A DNA stretch of 60,384 nucleotides, filler included. It is 5 parts of 5 records of this genome, joined end to end, with 100 filler letters (N's around TTAATTAATTAA, not from the genome) between each part and the next. Parts side by side here need not be neighbours in the genome. Positions count along the whole stretch, not along the records: positions 37,747 to 54,305 come from DRR378314_735; positions 54,406 to 60,384 come from DRR378314_739; 3 more parts are not named here. The stretch is one strand, 5' to 3'. Shown here piece after piece: positions 52,143 to 60,384 of this stretch. The first letter of the stretch is position 1; every line of letters starts with the position of its first letter. The notes beneath the pieces are model-generated. The model did not search any database, had not been told where the DNA came from, and was given only the letters and a program-made list of their open reading frames with translations. A program made the translations under genes and the position numbers.

Positions 52143-53578
52143 TGCCTCGCCGCAGTGCGTGGATGCCGCACCGCGCGCTACAAATATGATTCTGCAAAAT
52201 GAGAAACTACACCCAAGGGGAAGGAAACAATCTCCGCAACCGCTGCGCTAGCCCGCCGCCTTGCCTTGCCAGTGTACACCCAGCGCAACAGCGTGTTACA
52301 CGCGACCGTCCACCCGCCACAATCGATTGTTTTGTTTCGTATTTCTTCCCTCCCGTGAGCCCGGCTCGCCCCGCTGATCACCAATAGCACTGCAGTTCGC
52401 AGTACCCGCAACGCACACGCAAAGTGTGCGATGCAAGGCCCCGCCGCACCCAGCAGCTTTGCTTCGCCACGTTGTTCTGCCAGCGAGCCAAATTAAAATC
52501 GTGCTCGCGCAGTCCAAGCTCAGCACCCGCCAAAGTGCAGCGTAAAGGCTACTTGGCAACCACTCCGCCTCGCGTTCAGCGAAAGAATCGCCACCTCCCA
52601 CAAAAAAATAGCTATGCGAACAATGCGCAGGGAGAATGTGGCTACGCAGCGTGCCAGCTCACCATCTGCGCGTGAGAATCGACACAGAGACGAAAAGACC
52701 TGGCGGAGGTAGCCAGATGTTGCAGAACGCTGGGCAAGGAAAGCAGAATGTGTCCCACGCGCACGCGAGACACCATCCAACGAAGAGCCATACACCAACC
52801 TAGTGCCTCAACCACCGAGTCAACGACGTTCAACGGCTAAGATTGCGTCTCGCCCTAGATAGCTAACCTTTGGTCGTTCGTCGAAGCTCCGTTCGGTGCG
52901 AAACGGCCCGTACACAAGCAGGCGTAGCCGACCCAAGCAGTGCGTTCGGGCGCGCGCAGTGAGGAAAACAAAGCCCACCAAACGAGAAGCGCACTGCATC
53001 CTTGGCCACACGCCGGGCGCGGACTGTGATGACTTGTTACCGAACATGCATGCACCCTGCAAAGTCTGTCGGCTACTGCGCAAATTATTGCAGGGTTCTC
53101 AATTGTATTTGCATGACAGAACTCTCGGGACGGCCGAACGTGGAACGGCGCCCAAAGGAAACGGAGTACAAGCAACACTAGGGGCCTTGGTCCTTGTGAA
53201 CAAGCACTGCCGCGAAAGCAGCGCGCCAGCTACACGTGTATAACTCGCATCCTGTCCCCGCCTTTGTAAACGCAATCTCGAACGGCGGTTCCCGGACGGC
53301 TGCACAACTGCAACGAAGCCACAAAGGCCGCACTCTAGGTGCCAGTGCTCGTGCACCGCGACCTTTGCCCGGCCACCGACAGATGCAAACGCAGACCCCA
53401 TCCCCACCGCCCTTGCAAAACAACGATTCCCAGGGTCAATGCAAAACCAGGAACAACTCCGGTGCTCCAACGGCGGAACGCGACGTAGCCTCGGAAAGGA
53501 AAAATGACAACAATCGCCTGCGCTATGGAAGCATGCGCTGCGAGACGAGCACTGCCAACCCCGTTACCGACCAGTCGA

Positions 53579-54305
53579 CTATCCTTCGCTCTCCGCAGCC
53601 TTGAGAATCTTGGCCCACACAGGATCGCCGGTGAGCGCAACATCCTCAGCGCAGTACTCCAGGTCAGCCGAGGCGCTGAAGCCTGCATTCGCACACACCG
53701 TGCGCGCCAATTTCAGGTCTTCGGCGGTCGGCTGATAGTTTGCGCTCCATCCGGCGGGTGTCGCCGGAGCCGACTTGGTGAACAACGACGTAGACGGGAC
53801 GTTGTCCGCGAACTTGGCGTCGTCGTCAGAAGCGTCGCCGTTGTAGTTGCCAAGCAGACCTGTCACCCCGCTCTTGTACTTGGGTGGCAGCGACACGGAA
53901 ATCGTCAGCGCACCGTTCTCCTCGCATCCCACATTCACGGAGACGCCGCCCGCCTCGCGCACGTACGCCATCTTGCCTTCGCGCTCGACGGTAAACTCTT
54001 CCTTGCCAGCGCGAGTCACGCTCGTCTTCCCGCCGGTGGCTACGGCCATCTCGTTTCCGTTGTGAACAAACTCGTAATGGCTCCCGCTGCGGCAGTACGC
54101 CTCGAGCGTTGCACCATGGTGCGAGAAGGCGACAGCACTGAACATGGTTCCACCGTGATTCTTCGACGCAGCAACCGCGCGTGCCTGGATGGAGAAGCTC
54201 GGCGTCGCAGTCGTCGACTTGGACAGCACAACCTCGCCAACGAACGATGTGTCCGATGCAGGCTTGCCGTCCAGAGTGCGGAAGTGCGGATCGCCGCCCA
54301 CGCGC
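53579..54305 (-). CDS. von Willebrand factor type D (VWD) domain protein, 5'-partial
   Basis: GDPHFRTLDG and VTGLLGNYNGDASDD motifs; C-terminal C..DV..TGD; strong GC3 bias. Confidence 0.85.
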
Positions 54306-54405
54306 NNNNNNNNNNNNNNNNNNNNNNNNNNNNNNNNNNNNNNNNNNNNTTAATTAATTAANNNNNNNNNNNNNNNNNNNNNNNNNNNNNNNNNNNNNNN
54401 NNNNN
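54306..54405. other. Artificial contig linker
   Basis: N-run + TTAATTAATTAA + N-run. Confidence 0.98.
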
Positions 54406-54406
54406 G

Positions 54407-55681
54407 GGCGGCACCTGCCTGAACGTCGGCTGCATTCCATCCAAGGCGCTGCTGCACGCGTCACATATGCTTCATGAGGCAGAACATAACTTTGCTGAAA
54501 TGGGTCTGAAGGGCAAAAGCCCCTCGGTCGATTGGAAGCAGATGCTTTCCTACAAACAATCCACCATCGACACCAACACAAAGGGCATCGAATTCCTGTT
54601 CAAGAAAAACAAGATCGACTGGCTGAAAGGCTGGGGCTCAGTGCCGGAGGCAGGCAAGGTCAAGGTGGGTGACGAGGTTCACGAGGCCAAGAACATCATC
54701 ATTGCCACAGGCTCTGAGCCGGCCTCCCTGCCCGGTGTCGAAGTAGACGAAAAAGTGGTTGTCACCTCTACCGGCGCGCTGGAACTGGGCAAGGTGCCGA
54801 AAAAGATGGTGGTCATTGGTGCCGGGGTGATCGGGCTGGAACTGGGCAGCGTCTATGCGCGTCTGGGCAGCGAAGTCACTGTGGTGGAGTTTCTGGATGC
54901 GATCACCCCGGGGATGGATCCCGAGGTGCAAAAGGTCTTTCAGCGGATGCTGAAGAAACAAGGGCTGAGGTTCGTCATGGGGGCGGCGGTGCAAAAGACC
55001 GAGGCGACCAAGACCAAGGCCAAGGTGCACTACAAGCTGCGTAAGGATGACAGCGAACATGTGCTGGACGCGGATGTTGTGTTGGTCGCCACCGGTCGCA
55101 AGCCGGTGCATGACGGGTTGGGCCTTGACGCGCTTGGCGTTGAACTGACCAAGCGCGGCCAGATTACCGTCGATAAAAACTGGCAGACGGCGGCCAAGGG
55201 CATCTATGCCATCGGCGACGTGATCGAGGGGCCGATGCTGGCCCATAAGGCCGAGGACGAAGGCATGGCTGTTGCCGAGGTGATCGCGGGCAAACATGGC
55301 CATGTGAACTATGGTGTGATCCCCGGTGTGATTTATACCCATCCCGAGGTTGCCAATGTCGGCGAGACCGAGGCAACTTTGAAAGAAGCAGGGCGTGCCT
55401 ATAAGGTGGGCAAGTTCAGCTTTATGGGCAATGCACGGGCCAAGGCAGTGTTTGCTGGTGACGGCTTTGTGAAAATCCTTGCGGATAAGGAAACGGACCG
55501 CATTCTGGGTGCCCATATCATTGGCCCCGGTGCAGGTGATCTGATCCATGAGGTCTGTGTTGCAATGGAATTCGGCGCGTCAGCCCAAGACCTTGCCATG
55601 ACCTGCCATGCGCATCCAACCTATTCCGAAGCCGTGCGCGAGGCCGCATTGGCCTGTGGAGACGGTCCGATCCACATGTAA
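54407..55681 (+). CDS. lpdA: Dihydrolipoyl dehydrogenase, 5'-partial
   Basis: [16 protein letters not shown] at the contig edge, [30 protein letters not shown]. Confidence 0.97.
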   Translation, partial: GGTCLNVGCIPSKALLHASHMLHEAEHNFAEMGLKGKSPSVDWKQMLSYKQSTIDTNTKGIEFLFKKNKIDWLKGWGSVPEAGKVKVGDEVHEAKNIIIATGSEPASLPGVEVDEKVVVTSTGALELGKVPKKMVVIGAGVIGLELGSVYARLGSEVTVVEFLDAITPGMDPEVQKVFQRMLKKQGLRFVMGAAVQKTEATKTKAKVHYKLRKDDSEHVLDADVVLVATGRKPVHDGLGLDALGVELTKRGQITVDKNWQTAAKGIYAIGDVIEGPMLAHKAEDEGMAVAEVIAGKHGHVNYGVIPGVIYTHPEVANVGETEATLKEAGRAYKVGKFSFMGNARAKAVFAGDGFVKILADKETDRILGAHIIGPGAGDLIHEVCVAMEFGASAQDLAMTCHAHPTYSEAVREAALACGDGPIHM

Positions 55682-55755
55682 GCAATGGGGGGTGGGCAGA
55701 AATGCCCACCTGCCCCGGCAACAAGCGTCGGCGGAATATTCCGCCAACCGCCGCT

Positions 55756-56361
55756 CTACCACATGGTTTCAGCGGCCCTTGCGCCCCAAGAATCGTCATA
55801 GGGCGCGCCACCCTCTTCGCCGCTGGTCATCTCGGCCAGAATGTCCCCGACAGTCGGCAAGTCACCGCTTTCATCCTTGCCCGACCATGTACCGGCCCGC
55901 ATCAGGGCGCGGGCGCATTGGGTATAGATCTCTGCAATTTCGATGATGATCACCGTGGTCGGCTGGCGTCCCTGTTTTTCAAACCGTGCCCGCAGATCCG
56001 CATCATCCATCAGAAACGCCGTTCCGTTCACCCGCACCACATTGGTTGAACCCGGCACGATGAACATCAGCGACACACGCCCGTCCTCAACGATGTTGCG
56101 CAAGGAATCCAATCGGTTGTTGCCACGCCAATCGGGCATCACAAGCGTATGCACGTCCAGCTCTGTCACCACAGGGCCATCATCGCCCCTTGGGCTGCCG
56201 TCCGTGCCTGCCGCCCCGACGGAACTCAGCACGCAAAGCCGCGATGCCATGATCCACTTGCGATAGAGGGGCGTCATCTGTGTGGCGACCTTGCGCAGGG
56301 AAGGGGCACCCGCTTTGCCATAGAGAGCTTCAAGGGCCGCGATGTCATTGATCTTACGCAT
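55756..56361 (-). CDS. Pyridoxamine 5'-phosphate oxidase-like FMN-binding protein (MSMEG_1061 family)
   Basis: DGSPRGD, PDWRGNNRLDSLRNI, RVNG, CARALMRA; start MRKIND at 56361. Confidence 0.85.
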   Translation of the reverse strand: MRKINDIAALEALYGKAGAPSLRKVATQMTPLYRKWIMASRLCVLSSVGAAGTDGSPRGDDGPVVTELDVHTLVMPDWRGNNRLDSLRNIVEDGRVSLMFIVPGSTNVVRVNGTAFLMDDADLRARFEKQGRQPTTVIIIEIAEIYTQCARALMRAGTWSGKDESGDLPTVGDILAEMTSGEEGGAPYDDSWGARAAETMW

Positions 56362-57079
56362 TTTCACGCCAGCCTCCCTCGTGCAGCAGCGCATTAGAGG
56401 CGGTTTCAACCGTTTCCTCCAACTGCTTCATAAACACATCTTTGCGAAGACCGGGGGCAATGGCGGGCAAAAATTCAACAACAGCCACGCCGGGGCGCCG
56501 GTAAAGCCCGCGTCGCGGCCAGAAGTAACCGGCATTTGTCGAAACCGGAATGCAAGGCTGGTTCAGCTGCGTGTATAGAACCGCGGTGCCCACCTTATAG
56601 GGCACATGGGCACCGGGGGCGACGCGGGTGCCCTGAGAATAGATCACAATCTGACCGGGCTCGATCCGACCCGCGTTCACATCCTCCATCATTTTGGAAA
56701 TCGCCTTGCCCCGTTTGCCACGGTCCACTGCGATCATCTCCATGCGTTTGGTGTATTGGCCAATCACCGGCGTCCAGAGAATTTCGCGTTTCATGATGAA
56801 CTTGGCCCGTGGCAGGGCGTGAAAGATCATCAAGATATCCAGAAACGACTGGTGTTTTGCAGCGATCAGCACCTCACCATCCGGCACCTGCCCGCGTATT
56901 TCGCACCGCAAGCCAATCAGCCAACGCGCGGTCCACATGCACCATGCAGCATAGGTTTTGCAGGCGGTATAAGCCCCGGTTTTGGAAAACATCGCCCAGG
57001 GTGCAAACAGCAGACCAATCACTGGCATGGCGATGGTGGCCTGAATGATAAACACGAACGACCGGATCCATTGTAGCAT
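56354..57079 (-). CDS. Lysophospholipid acyltransferase (PlsC-like)
   Basis: KHQSFLD (HxxxxD), YSQGTR, YKVG motifs; typical position after ftsEX. Confidence 0.9.
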   Translation of the reverse strand: MLQWIRSFVFIIQATIAMPVIGLLFAPWAMFSKTGAYTACKTYAAWCMWTARWLIGLRCEIRGQVPDGEVLIAAKHQSFLDILMIFHALPRAKFIMKREILWTPVIGQYTKRMEMIAVDRGKRGKAISKMMEDVNAGRIEPGQIVIYSQGTRVAPGAHVPYKVGTAVLYTQLNQPCIPVSTNAGYFWPRRGLYRRPGVAVVEFLPAIAPGLRKDVFMKQLEETVETASNALLHEGGWRENA

Positions 57080-57984
57080 CAGGCAAGCTCCCTCAAGGTA
57101 CGGCGGGCCGCCGCGCGGGTGGCGGCAAAGGCGACAATGCCCGCCAAAATCGGTATGCAGATCGGCCAGAGCCAATGTGCGCCTTTGAACCCCAGCCCGG
57201 TCAGAAACCCGCCGGTTTCAGAGGCCGAAGGCAATAACAAAACCGCCAGCATGCCCAACGCCGCACCGCCCGCAGCACCGGACAAGGCCCGCAGGGTAAA
57301 GCGGCGGATAAAGGCCAGCGCGATATATTCATCCGTTGCGCCCACCAGCCGCAGCACCGCGATCACCTGCGCATTCGCCGCAAGGGCAGCATTGGCCGCC
57401 AGTGTGATCATCGCGGCCACAGCCGTCGTGATCAGCGCAATCGACACCCACCCCAACAGCCGCAGCCGCGAGGCCGCCTGCACCAAAGGAGCCCGCCACC
57501 GGCTGTGATCATCCAGCACCGCCCCCGGCACTTCGGCGGCAAGGCGCAGGCGCAGGCCCGCAGGGTCCATGCCGTCACTGTCTTCGATCACCTCGATCAG
57601 CCGTGGCACCGGCAAACTGTCCAGCGCCAGATCAGCACCGAACCAAGGCGCCAGCAGCGCCTGTTGTTCCGCATCACTCAGAGCGCGGGCAGAGGCCACA
57701 CCTTTGGTGGTTTCCAGAATCCGCAGGGCGGCATCGGTTTGTGCAGCGCGCTGGTCCAGTGGCGCAACGATGCGGATCGTCGCTGACCGGGCCAGCTCTT
57801 CCCCCCAACGCTCTGCCAAACGGCCCGCCGCGAGGGACAAAGCCAGTGCAAACACCGCCAGAAACGCCATCGCTGCGGCGGCAAAGACGGTCAGCTGCGC
57901 GGTGAACCCAGAGGGTGGCACCACACGGTCCGCATGATGATCCCCTGCAATAAGGGCACGCAATGTGGCCAGATCAAACTTCAC
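57079..57984 (-). CDS. ftsX: Cell division permease FtsX
   Basis: TM + periplasmic domain + VLRLVGATDEYI motif; coupled to ftsE. Confidence 0.9.
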   Translation of the reverse strand: MKFDLATLRALIAGDHHADRVVPPSGFTAQLTVFAAAAMAFLAVFALALSLAAGRLAERWGEELARSATIRIVAPLDQRAAQTDAALRILETTKGVASARALSDAEQQALLAPWFGADLALDSLPVPRLIEVIEDSDGMDPAGLRLRLAAEVPGAVLDDHSRWRAPLVQAASRLRLLGWVSIALITTAVAAMITLAANAALAANAQVIAVLRLVGATDEYIALAFIRRFTLRALSGAAGGAALGMLAVLLLPSASETGGFLTGLGFKGAHWLWPICIPILAGIVAFAATRAAARRTLRELA

Positions 57985-58658
57985 AGGTCCGCCCCCGCCA
58001 ATTGGATACGCCGGTTGGCGATGCGCAGCACGCGGGCCTGCACATGGGCCTTGGTGGCGCGGATCAGGCTCAGATCATGGGTGGCGATCAGCACCGTCTT
58101 GCCCATCTTGTTCAACTCGATCAGCAGCCGCAGCAGGCGTTGTGACATTTCCCAATCGACGTTGCCGGTCGGCTCATCCGCCAGCACCACATCGGGCGAA
58201 ACAATGACCGCCCGCGCAAGGGCCGCCCGCTGGCGTTCGCCGCCGGACAACTCCGGAGGCATCGCATCAGCGCGGTTGGTCAGTCCGACCCATGACATCA
58301 ACTCGTCCAGATCGCCGCCCTTCGCTTCGCTGTGACGTCCTGAAACGGTCAGAGGCAAGGCAATGTTTTCAGTCACGCTCAAATGATTGAGGAATTGTAC
58401 GTCCTGATGCACCACGCCAACACGGCGGCGCACCACGGCGATGTCATCGCGGCTTAGCCCCCGCGCATCCGCTCCGAACAGACGTACATGTCCCGCCGTG
58501 GGCAACAACGCCCCGTAGCACAGCCGCATCAGGGTTGTCTTGCCCGCACCCGACGGTCCGGTCAAAAAATGAAACGATCCCGGCGCAAGTTTCAGCGAAA
58601 TATCAGATAGCAATTCGCCACCACCATAGCTGTACGCCACATTTTCCAGCTCGATCAC
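57981..58658 (-). CDS. ftsE: Cell division ATP-binding protein FtsE
   Basis: GPSGAGKTT, LSGGERQR, LADEPTGNVD, ATHD. Confidence 0.93.
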   Translation of the reverse strand: MIELENVAYSYGGGELLSDISLKLAPGSFHFLTGPSGAGKTTLMRLCYGALLPTAGHVRLFGADARGLSRDDIAVVRRRVGVVHQDVQFLNHLSVTENIALPLTVSGRHSEAKGGDLDELMSWVGLTNRADAMPPELSGGERQRAALARAVIVSPDVVLADEPTGNVDWEMSQRLLRLLIELNKMGKTVLIATHDLSLIRATKAHVQARVLRIANRRIQLAGADL

Positions 58659-58822
58659 AGTATTATCCTTGCCACCCTCATCTGTTGTGCCTCAGCACCG
58701 CTGGGGATTCAATCCGTCCCTTCTGGACTTTGGGTACAGTTAACGCTTTTACTAAGGATTTGTAGATCTTATGGTGTGTGAAAACGCACAAGTGTAGTTA
58801 TCAGTGAGTAGCGGAATACCAA

Positions 58823-59671
58823 ATGAGGTTGACCTGTCCAAATTGCGACGCCCAGTATGAGGTGCCTGATGAGGTTATTCCAACCGCAGGCCGTGACGTG
58901 CAATGTTCCAATTGCGGCAAGACCTGGTTTCAGCATCACCCGGATCATTTGCCGGAAGAGGAAGATGGCACGGCCCCCCTTGGCGTAGAGGCACCGGCCC
59001 CGGATGAGGAGGTCTCACCACCGCCACCGCCCACCCCGCCCCCGTCAAAAGAACCCGTGCGCAAACAGCTAGATCCAGCCGTGGCGGATATTTTGCGCCA
59101 AGAGGCTGAAGCCGAATTTGAGGCCCGCAAACAACGCCAGTCGACCAACCTTGAGAGCCAGCCGGAGCTGGGTCTGGACGCGGGCACCAATGAGGCACCA
59201 GCATCGCCTGCACCGCAGGAAGACAGCGATGAACGCCGTGCACAGGAAGCCAAGCGGCGGATGGCGCGTTTGCGTGGGGAAACCGAACCAGTGGCTGAAG
59301 CCGCAGCAACGGCCGCGGCCATTTCATCGCGCCGCGAATTGTTACCGGACATCGAGGAGATCAACTCAACCCTGCGCCAAGACCAGACCCCCAGCGGCGT
59401 TGATGCGGATGCACGGCAAGAATTGGGGGCTGGCGGCTCGCACAAGCAATCGCGCGGTTTTCGCAATGGTTTCCTGAGCATGGTGGTTCTGTTTGTTCTG
59501 CTTGTCCTGCTTTACGTCTATGCAGCGCAGATTGCAGCGGCTGTGCCCTTCCTCGGTGACTTCCTGGCCAGTTATGTGGCAGGCTTGGACCACCTGCGCG
59601 TGATGCTGGATGCCCAGATCACCTCACTGCTCAGCTGGCTTGACACAATGGCCACCGAATCTGCCAATTGA
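58823..59671 (+). CDS. MJ0042-type zinc-ribbon membrane protein
   Basis: MRLTCPNCDAQY...GRDVQCSNCGKTWFQ; C-terminal TM; divergent from ftsE. Confidence 0.88.
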   Translation: MRLTCPNCDAQYEVPDEVIPTAGRDVQCSNCGKTWFQHHPDHLPEEEDGTAPLGVEAPAPDEEVSPPPPPTPPPSKEPVRKQLDPAVADILRQEAEAEFEARKQRQSTNLESQPELGLDAGTNEAPASPAPQEDSDERRAQEAKRRMARLRGETEPVAEAAATAAAISSRRELLPDIEEINSTLRQDQTPSGVDADARQELGAGGSHKQSRGFRNGFLSMVVLFVLLVLLYVYAAQIAAAVPFLGDFLASYVAGLDHLRVMLDAQITSLLSWLDTMATESAN

Positions 59672-59702
59672 CCGTCACAGGGGCGAGATGCGCCCCTGTC
59701 GC

Positions 59703-60384
59703 TCAGAAACGTTCCAGCAAACGGTTAAGATAGTCGCGTTCAACATCTGGCCGGGCTGTTTCACCTGATCTGCGGCGGATCTCGTCCAGCAACTCCCGTG
59801 CGCGTGCTCCACCATCACCCTGCCCCAGATTGAGCGGCCCGTCCGAACTACTTTCACCGGAATTGCTTTGATCGCGGCCCAATGGATCGCGGTTGTCTGC
59901 GCGGCGGTCGGCCTCGGCCTGCCCCTGCCCGGGCTGCTGGTTCTGCTGTTCCTTCGCCATGGCTTCCCCCAGTGACCGCATGCCCTCGCGCAGGGCTTCC
60001 ATCGCCTGCGCCTGATTGTCGATGGCGTCAGCCAGATCGCGGTTGCGCAGCGCCTGTTCGGCCTCGTCCATCGCGCGGCCTGCACGGTCCAGCGACTCGC
60101 GGGCCGCATCCCCTTCCGGTGTGCCCTGACCCGGAAGTCGCCCCTGCTGGCGGTTCAACTCGTCGCGAAGCGCGCGCTGACGTTCGGCCAGCCCTTCTTC
60201 ACTGCTGCGCGGTCCCTCGGAGCCGCCTTCACCCCTCTCACCGCGCTGTTCTCCGCTGCCCTCCCCCTGACCGTTCTGTCCTTCATGGCTTTCACCGCGG
60301 CCCTGACCACCATTGCGCCCCTCATTGCCGTCGCTTTCGCCCGCCTGCGCATTCGGATTGAACTGTTCCTGCAGATCGCGGAAC
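59703..60384 (-). CDS. TIGR02302/DUF4175 family protein, C-terminal part (5'-partial)
   Basis: Gln/Gly-rich; RDPLGR, ARARELLDEIRRR, ERDYLNRLLERF*. Confidence 0.85.
   Translation of the reverse strand, partial: FRDLQEQFNPNAQAGESDGNEGRNGGQGRGESHEGQNGQGEGSGEQRGERGEGGSEGPRSSEEGLAERQRALRDELNRQQGRLPGQGTPEGDAARESLDRAGRAMDEAEQALRNRDLADAIDNQAQAMEALREGMRSLGEAMAKEQQNQQPGQGQAEADRRADNRDPLGRDQSNSGESSSDGPLNLGQGDGGARARELLDEIRRRSGETARPDVERDYLNRLLERF

Overview
The window is five unrelated contigs joined by artificial 100-nt linkers (N-run + TTAATTAATTAA + N-run at 12018-12117, 24520-24619, 37647-37746, 54306-54405), so no gene neighbourhood can be inferred across them. (1) 1-12017 is a Roseobacter-group-like alphaproteobacterial contig: TRAP transporter, amidohydrolase, dusA, TauE, ruvX, ccmI, sarcosine oxidase soxB/soxD. 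(2) 12118-24519 is a GC-rich gammaproteobacterial, Alcanivorax-like contig with alkB/AraC, chaC and pdxH. These are followed by a decaying chromosomal integron: truncated intI with an intact LexA box, attI, seven cassettes, an IS3-family remnant inside an attC, and a symE pseudogene with a C4/CI-like leader. (3) 24620-37646 is an intron-rich eukaryotic contig: SUC/SLC45-type sugar transporter, a GDE-type glycosidase apparently fused to a glucosidase II beta-like domain, and RPA12. (4) 37747-54305 is a eukaryotic contig with a >3000-aa propeller/LRR/EGF/disintegrin protein, a TPR-like protein and a VWD protein. (5) 54406-60384 is Roseobacter-like: lpdA, plsC-like, ftsX/ftsE, zinc-ribbon protein, TIGR02302. 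The best candidate for an undescribed system is at the head of the integron array: a HEPN cassette fused, by collapse of its attC, to a TIR + winged-helix protein that ends in an SSB C-terminal tail motif (FDDDIPF). All calls come from motif recognition by eye, taxonomic labels are impressions, and no searches were run.
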